From Negaprion brevirostris (lineage: Eukaryota): a stretch of DNA of 64,000 bases. Where the stretch lies: NCBI GenBank assembly GCA_030324005.1, contig JARDVH010000025.1, positions 120,496,932 to 120,560,931 of the forward strand, read 5' to 3'. Below are positions 12,221-26,035 of this stretch, piece after piece. Position 1 is the first letter of the stretch, and each line of letters opens with the position of its first letter. Both the position numbers and the translations under genes were made by a program. Below the pieces are notes generated by a model, which saw nothing but the letters and a program-made list of their open reading frames with translations, had not been told where the DNA came from and made no database searches.

Positions 12221-14047
12221 CTGTAAAATATAAGAAAATAAATAAATTTGTCACTCAATATCCATATTTAAATATACAGTTGCAGAAAGAGCAACTGCTG
12301 GAACCTTTTAATCTATCATCCTTAATAACATTAATCAGCTCTGATAGGAAGACTGCCCCAGACTATTGGGCACACAATGGCAGCCCATGGTTCAGCGTAC
12401 TGCTTCACGTCTCGAGACTAAGGTCAGTGAATAGATGGGTAAATTATGCCGAGAGCTGAAGGAGACTAATGCTCAGGCTGTGGCCAATTGTTTGCATTGC
12501 AGCGGAGCATCAGAACAAAATTAGGAACTCATAATCCAATAGCTCTATGTTCCTACCCAACATGCTAAATGGACTCTTTCTCACAAACTGTACGCAATAT
12601 ATGGCAAAGCAGAGATACTAAAAAAAAAGCCTCACTCACTCTCTGTGTCCCTGTGTCTCTCTCTCACAGCCTTGCAATGGGGCAAAACCTTTTTTTTTCC
12701 CTGTTTCAGTCATTTATCCGGTGCTTTGTTAAAAACAATAACTTGACATTTCAAGGTTATATTGTTTGCCTAGTAACTAAATCCTATTTCAGATTAAATA
12801 TTTTTGAGTTGCCCAAACAAATCTCAATTGTCATGTTGTCGCTAAACTCGATGAAGCAAAGGGTGAGCCTGATTTTAGATGTATGATAGTTGCTTCTGTG
12901 GTACGGACACTGCCTGGAGATGAGTTCAGATGATGGAATTAAACTCAGCTATTTGATTTGGGAATATAAAGCTCGTCTCCAAATTGATGGCAATGCACGG
13001 CAAAGAAAAATCTATTTATCTGCCTGGCGATGCTGAAGGAAACATTTTCTCCCTGACGCAGTTTGACCTTCATCTCATTGCAAACATAGAACAATACAAT
13101 GAGAATCAATTTCCATTGAAATGGCTCAGCAAACTACAGAGCCTAAAGAACATTTGGCATGGATAAAAATGCTGACCTTGTCAGCAGCGCCCACGCCATT
13201 TGTAAAATTAAGAAACATTTGGATAGAAATATACGTCTATACATAAGTAGGACTGAGATTATGGGATATTGCATGACTTTCTGTNNNNNNNNNNNNNNNN
13301 NNNNNNNNNNNNNNNNNNNNNNNNNNNNNNNNNNNNNNNNNNNNNNNNNNNNNNNNNNNNNNNNNNNNNNNNNNNNNNNNNNNNNNNNNNNNNNNNNNNN
13401 NNNNNNNNNNNNNNNNNNNNNNNNNNNNNNNNNNNNNNNNNNNNNNNNNNNNNNNNNNNNNNNNNNNNNNNNNNNNNNNNNNNNNNNNNNNNNNNNNNNN
13501 NNNNNNNNNNNNNNNNNNNNNNNNNNNNNNNNNNNNNNNNNNNNNNNNNNNNNNNNNNNNNNNNNNNNNNNNNNNNNNNNNNNNNNNNNNNNNNNNNNNN
13601 NNNNNNNNNNNNNNNNNNNNNNNNNNNNNNNNNNNNNNNNNNNNNNNNNNNNNNNNNNNNNNNNNNNNNNNNNNNNNNNNNNNNNNNNNNNNNNNNNNNN
13701 NNNNNNNNNNNNNNNNNNNNNNNNNNNNNNNNNNNNNNNNNNNNNNNNNNNNNNNNNNNNNNNNNNNNNNNNNNNNNNNNNNNNNNNNNNNNNNNNNNNN
13801 NNNNNNNNNNNNNNNNNNNNNNNNNNNNNNNNNNNNNNNNNNNNNNNNNNNNNNNNNNNNNNNNNNNNNNNNNNNNNNNNNNNNCCACATCCTATACCTG
13901 AGGCTAAGTTCAGAAAACGCCGAACCCCCCCACCCCACGGGGGGGGGGGGGAGATATGGGATTGAACCAATGTTATTGGTTTTGCTCACCATCACTAGCC
14001 AGTTAGTCCAACCAACTGAGCTAAACTGGATCGACGCAAATACTCAC

Positions 14048-14087
14048 CCAATGAAAGAAGAAAGACCAGTCGGAACATGTTATCCAT
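14048..14087 (-). CDS. Ig-like receptor gene A, exon 1 (signal peptide part 1, MDNMFRLVFLLSL-G)
   Basis: Minus strand reads ATG GAT AAC ATG TTC CGA CTG GTC TTT CTT CTT TCA TTG G|gtgagt, phase 1. The second ATG (14078) gives a 31-nt coding exon, matching the paralogous exon at 38271-38301. Confidence 0.8.
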
Positions 14088-14129
14088 AGGGTGTGCTGAA
14101 AGTGGGAAACCAAGAATATGAGCATGTCA

Positions 14130-14230
14130 GTGGAGCATGCACACGCTGACCTTAGCCCCAGTAACACATCGACGTTACAGACTGCTAACCACACCGGATG
14201 TCTTGCGCCACAATGGAAAACTCAGTCCCT
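14130..14230 (-). promoter_or_regulatory. Putative proximal promoter of gene A, conserved with gene B (38340-38430)
   Basis: Shared blocks ttagccccagtaac and cggatgtctt..gccaca lie ~70-130 bp upstream of both ATGs. Gene A has AACCACA (RUNX-like) abutting CCGGATGT (ETS-like) at 14187-14201. Confidence 0.35.
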
Positions 14231-14926
14231 TGTTCTTTGTTTCGTTGTGATAACATAATTGCTTGGTACAGAGTTAAAATGGAAACCGATGAGTCGGCAG
14301 GGGTGCGAAAAAAGACGAAGAATCCCTTGACGAAGGCGCTGTAATTGCATTAAATTCAATTATAACCAATCAATAAGCTAGCAAACTAGTGCTAGTTAGT
14401 TATGTATAACACGGTAATATTCAATTCTTTAAAGCATTGTCCAATGCTTCCCTTTGCGTTACATGGCCCCTCTGATATGCTATGTCCCGAGTTCCGCTTT
14501 CTGCTCAATACACGTTTCAGTTCCTGTCTGCTGCAGCAGTGCAGAGAAGCTGAGCCACCCCTGTGGTTATGCCAGGATGGTGTGCATGACGAAGATAATG
14601 TAGCTCAACCTGCCTGCTTGCACAAAAATAATCAATGCGATTTGTCGGGGAAGACTCCCGAAGGTGAAAACAAATATAACTCAGTTTTATTTTTCTGAAT
14701 AAAACTGAGTGATACCCACTTCGCTCAGTACCAGTTCGTTTGTTGCACGCAGTCGGGCTTCACCCGACCGTGATCAGTTGAATGCACAATGCAAGCAGAA
14801 TAGCGAGGCCAAACGGGATGTGGATGCGCTTGGTGTACGAGTCGCGAAAGACTAGTGTACAGATAGAGCAAATATTTAAGATGAAGTTATTCACTTAATA
14901 TTACTGTGGGGGAATTAATTACCAAA

Positions 14927-16247
14927 CTATGGTGTTGCTGCTGCCACCGTTGCTATGGAGCAAACTGCCCTTGACTCCCTGGATGAAGCCTCACAGGGAT
15001 TCACTGAGGGGTGTTCCGTGGTGAGCATCACGGAAGCGTCACCAGCATGTAAGACACCACCCACCAACGCAGAGCTGATCACCATGGTCGGTGACTTAAT
15101 TGTTGAGGCTTCTGGGTCATGGACTGCTGAACACATCACAGCCGCCGAAGCACTTTGGGTGGAGGCGGGCACATCTGAGGGCCCGGGCTTACGGGGGTCT
15201 ATTGGATGCCAGGATTCAGCTGTCCCCAAGCCAGTTGCTGGTCCTCTGGGTTTGTTCCTCCTAATGCTGGTGCAGATGCATCGAGAAACCCGGGGAATTT
15301 TGGAAGTGCTGTCAGCCTCCATGCTGTGACTGCAAGGCTGCTCAGGGGCCTCAGAGTGCTGTTACAGGAAATGGTGCTGACACACAGCTTGAGACCCAGT
15401 CCAACAATGAAAGGGTTGTTACCGCAGTGGAAGGCCTGGCTCAGGGATTTGTCCTCATGTTTGACGGCATCCACACCATCCTGGAGACACAACAGGCCAC
15501 AGGCGAGTGTGCTTCTGGCATCCAGGAGGCACAGCATTCGATGGCCAGGGGCATGTGGGAGACACTGTTCGTCATGGCTGGGCCTCTCACTAGCATTGTG
15601 GAGACACAGCAGTCCGTGGGTATGAGCGTTGACAACTTAGCCCAGGCTTAGAGGGCGACTGATGAGAGGATCCAGAGCCTGACTCACTCACAGAATACTG
15701 TAGTGGAGGGGCTGCAGAGCGTGACCAAGGCTTAGAGGGCAAAGGTTGAAGGGTCACACATCATGGGGCAGATGGATCTAGGCCTCCATGACTGGCAGAA
15801 GCAGATGACGTCAGAGCTTCTGGAGCTCAGCCCAGCTAACCTAGCATCACGTGGAATGCCCTGGGGCCTCTGAGCACCCGAATGGAGGAGGAAGGGATTG
15901 AGCCCATGCCAGGGTCTTCCACCCAGGAGATTCTGAACGTCCTAAGACCTTCTAATTCCCCCCTTCCTCACACCGTGTCATCCCAGGGCCAGTGGGATGA
16001 AAAGCATGGCACCAAAACAGTATCATCCACAGATCAGCCAGGGCCTCCAGATTCTGGCCATAAAGGGGACATCCATCAAGAGCATCAGCACAGGCAACCG
16101 AGCGTGCATCACAGCTGGACACCTCCATCTCCCATGCGCATCGTGGGGTAGCCCCGAGGAAAAAGCAGTAGACAGCCAAAGTTAGAAAGTTGTAGTCCAC
16201 TCGAGGACACGGCTAAATGTTGAGAACACAATGAACTGTTAATTGCA
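14927..16247 (+). mobile_element. GC-rich decayed insertion, probably the accessory-ORF region of a Harbinger-type DNA transposon
   Basis: Abrupt GC shift where gene A/gene B upstream homology breaks. Broken low-complexity ORF with ~42-nt coiled-coil-type repeats (15590-15770). The family call is recalled similarity only. Confidence 0.4.
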
Positions 16248-16539
16248 NNNNNNNNNNNNNNNNNNNNNNNNNNNNNNNNNNNNNNNNNNNNNNNNNNNNN
16301 NNNNNNNNNNNNNNNNNNNNNNNNNNNNNNNNNNNNNNNNNNNNNNNNNNNNNNNNNNNNNNNNNNNNNNNNNNNNNNNNNNNNNNNNNNNNNNNNNNNN
16401 NNNNNNNNNNNNNNNNNNNNNNNNNNNNNNNNNNNNNNNNNNTGAGCCACTTCAGATCAGCCATGATCTTATTGAATGGCGGGGCAGGCTCGAAGGGCTA
16501 CATGGCCTACTCCTGCTCCAATTTCTTATGTTCTTATGG

Positions 16540-19500
16540 ACGGACAGGCAGGCTTGGCCCAGTCTTGCCATGTCCACCCATGTGAACTATCTAAATAAGT
16601 TACACGTAACAATTGTCGCACGGGAGTTTTGAGTTCATCTTTAATAAATATAAATAGAAACAACATTAGGAACAAAAGCCGTTATTACAATTGAGAAGCT
16701 TTGCACGTTGCTTTGCCACTGCAATCGAACCACATCCTGCCTTTCACTTAGCAACAAACACTAAATGTTCTTCCAATATAGCTGAGGCAAAAATAACACT
16801 TGTGGTCATTATTGGTGGTGTGTTTTTTTTTCGGATTAGCTCCATATAATGACATAAAGGCTGCTCGTGTTTCATTTCAAACGCATGTTATAAAAGAAGG
16901 TCAGTATCAATTCGATAAAATATTCTAACAGGATGAGGCTTAGCCATGTTGCTTAATGAAGTGCAGCGCTATACTTGTCAAACCGCGATTCTCCTTTGAG
17001 ACGCAGCTTAAACGATCTCAGGGCTCAGTGAAAAGGGAGTAAACCGAACAAACTTTTGACGTAACTGTCTTATTTTCTAGAAAAGTTATCTCAAAAGCTC
17101 CTGATAATGTGTCGCAAAAAATCCTTTGTATGCTTAACATAGAATGAGGGATTTATAAAAAAAAAGTTATTACTGTAACTAAGCATGAATTGAGGCAATG
17201 ATTAGATTTACGATCCGCTCAATTTCAGGTCCAGTGATGCCAGCGAGATTGGTACTAATTCTGTATCACTTGCTCTGAAAGGGAGCAACAATACAGCTGG
17301 TGCAAATAGGAGAAACCCTGACATAATAACACACGACATGAAAACTAAAGTAAGATAAATGATTAAAAAGTCGTGTTGGGCACCCTGAATGAGAGTGTCT
17401 ATACAATATCATCTGCAACTGCTCAAGTAAGCAGATCATCACCACCTTCTCTAACGCAATAATAAATGCTGGCCTAACCAACGACACCCATTCACCAAGA
17501 ACGCATCATTAAAAAGGATGTCTGTCTTTAGTTATAGTCATTGAATGCACACACGTAAATTGACGCTTAAAATTAATGGAATCCACGAAGAAATGTCTTC
17601 ACTTGGAGCCGGTTTTGTGGAGTATCCCAACTGCAAATTCCAGACAGCAGGCATATCTCCGCAGGCATTGGCATGTTCTGTTGCTTAGCTCAGTATTCAT
17701 TACAAATATTTTACATTCCATTGATTTGAATGAAGGGTGAAATACGGCACCAGGCAAGATAAACCAATCACTTGAACAGTTTAGTCCAAACAACCAGGCG
17801 AGCCGAATACTCTGGTAACTAGAAACGTGAACATTTTGACAGCGAGAGAAATTATATACATAAAATGTATTTATATAGTTCTGAGAAATCTTCGAAAACA
17901 GTAACCACACAGGACTTGAACAATAACATCAATGGGGGAAAAACACACACACACAATATTGGAGCTGAGGTGGACTCCAGTGCTATTTTATAGCGGCGTA
18001 TATAGACGATTGCTGCCTTGTCAAATATTCGTGAGAACCTGTGCCTATATCCGTGAACGTGACCATGTCATACGTGTGGTCAAGCTGGAAGAGAAAAAAG
18101 AAACAACACCAATCATTTCAGTGAGGAAAAGGAATACATGTGTCCTTTTTGTCCACATTTGTATCGATTTTCAGAGCAATCACTTTACGCAAGGGTGCTG
18201 TATTCCCACTTTGACAAAGCCTACCCGCAAACGCCTCCAAATACGCCAATGGCAGGAGGAAAGAACCCCCGGGAGAGTCTCTTTGTCAGTTAGGCTGGCA
18301 CTGGAATGGCGCCCCTTAAGCTCGCAGTCACTGCTAGCAGTCTAGCGGCCTTGGTCCGTGCATTATGAGTTATGGAATAAAAAAAAAATCCACCGTGCAC
18401 CACTGGTTGTGGAAAGTGACTTGAAATTATTCCACTACAAACATGCCGCTATTAGTTTAAGTAGCCCAAAGGTCCCTGGGTCATTACATTTACAATGAAA
18501 GGAGTTTGAAACGACTTCTGGTCGGATCAGGATGGGATGATTATTAAAATGAGCCTTAAGAATAACTTCGTCTGCTAAGTTTCTATGTGATATCACATTT
18601 CGCTCATTGTCTGACATAAATTTCTCCATAAGATTTGGAAAACTGGTGGAGTTGAGGTGTTTCTCCTCAGGGTTCGCGCATTTATTATCTCTATGATAAT
18701 GGTTTGCATGGTTGACCTATACAAAAATAATTATTGCAACATGAAACTTGGAGGCAATGTGAATAATAAGGATGCGAGGTAACAGATTTGTTGAACCCGA
18801 AGGCACTGAGCCGATATAACCCTATGCAAAAAATAAATGAAGAACTAATTATTTCCAAGGAGAAGGCGAGTCAATATATGAAGAAAATGGAATTCAATTG
18901 GGAGTGAAATCACATAGAGAGCTGGGCGTGCATGCCACAGGATACTGAAAGTGACAAGGCAGGCCGAATGGATGGTGAAAAAAAAACTTACACGCTTGCA
19001 AGGTTTTTATATCGAAACACAGATTTGCAAGCAGTGAAATGATGATGACATTGTAAGACATGTTTTCATTGGAAGCCACTAGATCATAGAGCCCGATTAT
19101 GTCCACCTCGCCATAAATATGTTTCTAGAAAAGTGAACTAAACTTGCATCAAGACCATTGGGAATTCATTTAAGCGAGTGTAATGGACTATCACAGGTTG
19201 ACGCACTTAAGAGATTGTAAGATTCCAAGGATATTTATTGGAGGTGTTGGAAATGATTAACAGGTCTGGGCAGTGTAGCTGGATATAAGCTGTACTCAGT
19301 ACTGAATGATATTAGGTGCAAGGACAACATATGGTAAACACATAAAACACTTGTTTTGTTTCATGCAGCGTCTGATTAGCAACTTAAGTGCATTGTTTAG
19401 GAGTGTGAAGGTCGCATCTTCAATCGTTGCATTCAAAGGCAATACAATATTCATAGGAGGTGGGGCGTGCATCGTTGTCATTACAGGAAAGGATGGGCAA

Positions 19501-20105
19501 ATTGTCCAGGCGGTGTTACGCTTGCAAAAAACCAGTGCTGACACGATGAGACAAATGCAACCCGTCTCTGTGACAGCATTCAATAAACGCGCGAAAGTTG
19601 TGCTGGTTCGGCGCGTTGGCCATGCTAAATTCTCCCTCAACGCACACGATGCAACGCATCAAAGTGCGGCGACTAGGGACTTTTCACAACTTCATTGCAG
19701 TGTTAATATAAGCCTACTTGTAACGCTGATAAACATTTTTTAATCAATATGTTTATCACTGTATAGAAAGTCTTTATCATAACAATCTTACATTTTCCGA
19801 GATTCTCTTGCCTATCTTCCTCACTACTGCATCTGAAAAAAAAAGTTACGTTTATAGACAAATAAATATGCATTCATCTTGCTACACATAATATTTCCAA
19901 GGTCCACCAGATCTACGGTTTTTACTGGGAATAATTGTTTTCTACATTGACAACTGCAAGACAAAAGAGCAATGTTTCAAATATTAAGATAATGGAAAAC
20001 GGGTGATAAGAGTTTTTTTTACAAAGACGTCTCTCTAACAGTTTGTGTTTTACTCATTTCACTGGTAAGGAATATAGGGCAATAAAAATGTCGATTTACT
20101 GGGAA
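16540..20105. repeat. Non-coding duplicated block D, copy 1 (upstream of gene A)
   Basis: Colinear with 57597-61024 and 61125-64000, e.g. gtgacttgaaat..ttcc..tac and tagtttaagtag..caaag.tccctgg at 18416/59509/62260. Contains embedded CR1 and SINE remnants. Confidence 0.85.
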
Positions 20106-23100
20106 CAACTGCATGCACTGGTCTCCATTAATTTGGATTAGCTTCGAAGCTTGCCATAAGGTCTGACACGGACTATCCTCCATTGGCGTCCCTAAAAACA
20201 AAGCGCGTGTGGCTTATTCCTCACTGTCTACACACACCTTCTCCACAGCCTGGAAGTTTGTGCAGATGAATGTCTTTAGGCTCAGTTGCACACTATTTAA
20301 CCAGAATTGGAAAACCTGCAAACAGTGTTGGAGAAGGCCTTTTGCATGGGAAGATTATTTTTAAAGAAATGAATAGCTATTTAATCATAAAACTAGAGTA
20401 ATCGCGAATAATGAATAGTAATACAGCTATTGTAGTTAATCAACCAGGACAATATTATGATTATTTTAATAACATTCACAATACATCAATGTATTATGGT
20501 CCACATAATTATAACTTGGACAGACATGTGGGCTGCAGGCTGGGCCAGCATTTCTTCTCCATCGCTAATTGCCCTTACAGTTCCCGTCTCTCCTGGCCAT
20601 TATAGAAACCAGTTGATGTTCAATCTCATTGTAGTTGACCTGGAGTCGTGCATAGGGAAGGATATCAGGTTTCCTTCCCCAGTGGGTGATCATTGAACCA
20701 ATTGGGTTCCGCATCATCATCATTCGACTTTATTTTTATTGAATGCAAATTTCAAAATTGCTGTATTGTGATTCGAACCCAGGTTATTAACCTGGGCTTC
20801 TGAGTTATTAATCCAGTGTCAATACCACCACTACATTGCCTCCCCCAAGCATATTTAAATATAATCAAATAATACTCTTGGTATCAAACCGTAAACTTCA
20901 TCAACTACTCGGGAAATATATACTTCATAAAGTATTTTGCATATGTCCAGAGAAATTTATTTCGAAAACCATATTGTAAATGGTGGGACATTTTCCTAAT
21001 CTAAGTCAAATGAAATGACTATTTATAGGGGCCAATTTCTTTCTCCGAGATCTTTTTTTTCATCATCATGGTCTGTCAAGTTATAAACTAACAGCTCAAC
21101 GTTGAGTTTCTAATCTCTTTGTAATAACTGTCTCTAATATTGACATGGACATTAGACAGTGGCTTTCAAATACTTTAATTTGTTTATCGAGATTAGTTCC
21201 ACCTCTGGATGACATCTGTGCAATCAAACTTTGTTAAGGTGAGCAGAGTGTAATTCTCGATCCTTAATATTATTCCATTTCAACAGTTACTCACAAACAG
21301 GTGCGGTGTTTTCCTCATTTTGCTGCATATTTAAAGTCAGTTGCCTGTAAAAGAAAATGGACAATTTTCATTTATTTCATTCAGATCACGTTTCTTTTCT
21401 TGCAGTTATTGATTTGATAGCAGGTAGTAGTCAATTCAGGCCATCAAGTTATTCCTAATATAACTGCTGAAACAGGGCAGCAGGTACATTGAAACACCGC
21501 CACTTGGAACTTCCCTTTCAATACATTCAACAATCTGACTGCGAAATAGATCACCTTTCCTTCACTATCACTGTGCCAAAATCTTGGAATTGCCTCCCTA
21601 AATTAACAGCGGGTGAACCTCCGTCACAACGGTTGTTGAGGTTCAAAAAGACAGCTGACTATCACCATCTAAAAGTTTAATTATGGATAATGGTGCACGA
21701 ACTAATGAAGGTCATGTCCCTTGAATGAATAATGGAATATTATCAGTGTCACTTAATTTAAAGTTAGTTCACGCAGTGTTTTCATATTTTCGATTGGACA
21801 AAACTATACGAAAAGCCGAAGAGCTGAAGTATTCTGTTCTCGGTGCTTTGAAAGGTAGTAACGATAGCGGCAATGTAGAATAAACACTTTAATGGGATAT
21901 CATGATATTTCCTTTCAATTGTTGAAGGTATCGTTAGCTGCCTTTGTAGATCAGACACAATTTGGGAGTGGATGGCAGGTAAACAGAGGGGCAGAGTTCA
22001 CAATTGATGCTCTACGAGGAACAGTACAGCACACTGTGCTATTCGCAATTTAGCTCAGCGATTATTATCTTGGAATCAGAATTTCTAATTTGGTAAAGGA
22101 GACAAAGTGGCGTGGTATGGAACGGCGGAGAAATGTAATCGGATATCTGTAAACAACAAAAAGAAAACAAAACATTTTTGATAGAAATGCCAGATTTTAG
22201 GATTATCATGCAAGTCTGAGGACGTGGGAGAGACAATGGGGCCGCGGAGGGAAAACTCTGAGTCGTCCAAGCTCTGCCAGAGCTCAGCAAGGCCTTCGAA
22301 ATAAACCAGGCACTAGAACTTAAGACTCGAGGGATACAAATGAAAAATAGCGTTACTCTCATAGAAATCGAACTTTGTTAGAAGACACATAACATATTGC
22401 ATGAAAGTTCATCAAAATGGATGTGGAAGTTTAGTTGAGCTCGTAGAAAAATTGTGGAGGAAGAAGGCATAAACGTATTGTTACCTCAATCAGGCAGACA
22501 TTGCCAGATTGTCTCTCTTTTATCTTTTAAAACAAGTATTGTGACCGACTGGTGTTTTTTTTTAATGGAGTAGATACAGAAAGAATTGTTCATCTTGTAA
22601 GGAAGAACGTGACGAAAACCCAAGAATATAAAGGATTTTCCACTGGGAATCTTTTTCCCAAATGAACACTCACGGAGCTGACCCATGGCCTGCACTTACA
22701 AATAAAGTAATGTATAAATCACAAGCCGTGTTCAGTTGCAGTTGGAACCTTGCAGGGTTGATCAGTTCAGTTGTTCCAGAATGGTGCTGCGTTTCCAACT
22801 GTTGAAAATTCGTGTTGTGATGCAATAAAATGTTTTTTTTTAGTCTTCTAATAATCAGAGTAGACAAAATGTTGACCTAATAGTAATGTCTCAGGTTATG
22901 AAATCATTTCGGAGAGTAAACAGACATATCAATATTTCCAGTGATAGTTTTAGCTAAGTTTGAATAAAGGCATTGGACCCTTAAAAAGAAACTCTCTAAA
23001 GTGTACATAATAACATAAGAACATAAGAAATAGCAGCAGGAGTCGGCCATCTCGCCCTTCGAGCCTGTAATTTTGCAAATTTGTAATGTTGTAATTTTGT

Positions 23101-23489
23101 ATAATTTGTAATTTTGTAAATTTCGTAATTTTGATCTGTCGTAATTTTATTTACATTATGCTTAATCAAAGTGAACTATCACCTTTGGTTGGTCAACCAA
23201 TTTGAGCCGCGGGTATTTAACACATTATCTAAATTCTGAATTATATATATTTGAATATGCGTAACTCCCGATCAGGGTCATGTTGGATGGTAATGGTCCA
23301 CTACTCCTAAAATACGTGCACAACAATAATCCCGACTGTTTATCCTTTTGTTATTCATGTTGCAGCACTAGCCACCTAACCAGGTCAATAATTCATCTAT
23401 TCAGTAAACATTCACCTCAGCTAAACTTTTGTGAAAGTGTACTTGAACCATGGCATATTTCAATATAATCTGCATGGATAGTTCAGATT

Positions 23490-24230
23490 CTAGACCAGGA
23501 ATCACAAGGTATATTCTGATGCCAGATTAGAACCCCCAGAATATTCTGTTTTCGCTTTCATGTGGGGTAGGGTGTTTCACTCCAGGTGTGATTCTACTGA
23601 CAATCTAGGGACCCTTTTTTAAAAAATCAAAACAAACTTTATTTAACCACACAGCTTCATTCTAACAAATGCATTAGCCCTTCAAAATTCAGCAGCTCTT
23701 CAACAGAGCAAAGTAAAATTCGTAAAGGCTAACCTGTCGCTAGTATTTCCAATCAAACAATATTTCCCTCACGGGCTTAAATATATCTTCAAATGTCTTT
23801 TCGCAAAATATAGACATTCGTGCATTTACTGATGTTAACAGCTTTCAGAACGCCTCAGTGAAAGGGAGACACCTTATATCAACAACATTCATCAATTGTT
23901 CTTTATTTCAAAATGTTTTTTTTTCCTGCAAGCTTAGCCGCTCTGATTAGCCACAATGATCTGTCTCTGGCAACCAACCTAATCAAAGCTCACATGAAAC
24001 TGCGTAGCTAGTCTAAAAGTCCTTGGAGAACTAAAACACACAGAAGGATTATTAACTCTACGAGGTAACATCGTTCTATCTAAAATCAGTTATTATCCTG
24101 AATTCGTAGCATCGGCTCCATGCTTTTCCTAAAATAATCGACTCTTTTTATAGAACACTGCCTGTTAAAGCAGCCCCACTTAAAATAAAATAAATCGAAA
24201 GAGCAACGTTTCAGCACAGTATGTAATTAA
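23490..24230. mobile_element. Possible solo-LTR remnant in gene B intron
   Basis: Contains tcactccaggtgtgattc...aaaacaaactttatttaa, resembling a reverse LTR R/U5 end. Termini not resolved. Confidence 0.3.
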
Positions 24231-24520
24231 TCTTTAGAAATCTAGCACGAACGAATCATATGGGACATCAAAACTTGACCATAGTTCCATAAGCATAATT
24301 TATTTTCGGCATCGACTCACTTTTTCTGAAATGAATATCTATACTTCCAGTGGAAAACCTTGATTACGCTAAACAATTGAAAGATCACAGTCCATTTGTT
24401 ATGAATTTTAAGGGTAACGTCCATGTGGGTAAATAAGCACCTCCTTATCTGAGTTCACAATGACCTTACTCTTATTCTGAGGTTACGACTGCCATTTATG
24501 GAATTCACAGCTCGGTAAAG

Positions 24521-24521
<1 letters not shown>

Positions 24522-24561
<40 letters not shown>

Positions 24562-24570
24562 CGCACGCGT
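24522..24570. repeat. (TG)n(CG)n microsatellite; others at 3221-3256, 8430-8467, 11792-11812, 23068-23150, 32925-33020, 36658-36690
   Basis: Directly visible simple repeats, several abutting N-gaps. Confidence 0.95.
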
Positions 24571-25339
24571 GGTGTGTGTATTGCTCCTATTTTCTCAACC
24601 AAATATTCTCATATATTTGAACACATCATTACTTTTCATCTTCCGATTATCTAGCCTAAATAAACCATCTCAGGTGCTTCCATCTTTTCAAGTATTTGAG
24701 CCACATCATTTTTTTTTCTGGTAAGTATCTCCTAAACACTGCTTCCAAACTGAGAGACTTTGGGCACTGTCGTTCGACAAGTGGACTTCACTGTTCAAGT
24801 ACACACATGAGTGCAAACTTTCACATACCCTTCACAAAATGCGGCACCCGAAATGTGAACCATTCTTTAAGCTGAAAGACATCTTTTCTCGTCATTAATG
24901 TGACGTGCAATAACTATTGGGCCATATATTGGAATTTACTTCCATACAGATACAGACCATTTGATGCACTTTCTCACAATGCACATTTGTACTAATGTTC
25001 ATGAAGACAAATATTGTTTTTGTTTTCTATATTGTCTGAAGAGTGGCTGCAAATATATGTAAAGACTGGAGGACAAGTGATTACTTCAGAAATATTAGAT
25101 ATGGAACAACATTTTGCAAAATAAAGGGTGATGCAATTATAATATTTTTAATATCTCTCACCTGTTCCTCGCTTGATTATTTTGTTCCAACGATTGGAGA
25201 AAAGAGAAAATAGACGTTAGACTTTTCTGATAAATCATCATCCAAATAGAACTATTCACGCATCATTAATTATCTGAAGGCAGATCATTAAACAAAAAAT
25301 CTGGAGAAACAGCCTTAAATTCACCAGATTTTGGAGAAG

Positions 25340-25890
25340 GCATTGCGCACAGTTTTGGGTATGTAACTATTAGAGGAATATGATTAAACTGGAGAGGGTT
25401 CAGAGGAGCGACTCTAGAATGTTGCTTTGGACGAAGTATTTGAATTAAAAACAGAGAATGGATGTGACCATTTTGTTTTCGTTAGCGCATAAAAGGCTGA
25501 GAGGAGACCTGCTTGCAATGTGGAAGATTATGATTGGTTTGGAGAGGTTGGATAGGAGGTAGGTGTTCCCCTTAGTCGAAGAGTCAATAACGAGTGAACA
25601 TAATGGTAAGGTGAAGGGTCTAGAGATTCAGATAGGATTTGTGAAATTATTCTCTCACTCAGTGGGTGGTGAGAGTCTGGAACTACGCTGTTTTGGAGGG
25701 CAGTAGCCGCGGGAAACCTTACAATCTTTTAAGGTATATAGACGACTGACCACCTGACATATCATAACACTCAATGGTTTGGGTCAAGAGCTAGAAAGTG
25801 GCCTCATGATAGATTTAGTGCAGATTTGTCATTGCAGATTCATTGGGCCGAAGGAACTTCCCTGCATCAAATGATCTTATGACTCTCAGT
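25340..25890 (+). mobile_element. CR1 LINE 3' fragment
   Basis: LERVQRR, RLRGDL and FSLTQWVVRVWN-type motifs plus tail. Confidence 0.75.
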
Positions 25891-26035
25891 TAATTTGATT
25901 TATGCTCTAATTTGTTCTTTTTAATGAACAATAATGATGTCTGCTTCCACCATGTCATCTGTTCAATCTTTCGTTTGCTACTTTCTTAGGAGTGCTGTTC
26001 TCACTCATCTATTCAGAGGATATAGACTGGTTAAC

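Larger units (their letters stand above)
21193..25194 (-). other. Candidate or vestigial 3' exons of gene B: 25162-25194, 22485-22523, 22085-22146, 21295-21344, 21193-21215
   Basis: Most have a polypyrimidine tract with AG and/or a GT donor (gtgaga, gtaaca, gtgagt). Their phases do not chain into one open tail, and 25162-25194 lacks the acceptor AG. Confidence 0.35.

Noticed and set aside
13143-13995. Long ORFs of 200-275 aa, and similar ones at 27797-28483, 16109-16632 and 26700-27164
   Set aside because: They are artefacts of translating through N-gaps.
19306-19743. 145-aa plus-strand ORF
   Set aside because: Runs across decayed LINE and SINE sequence and is not open in the other block D copies.
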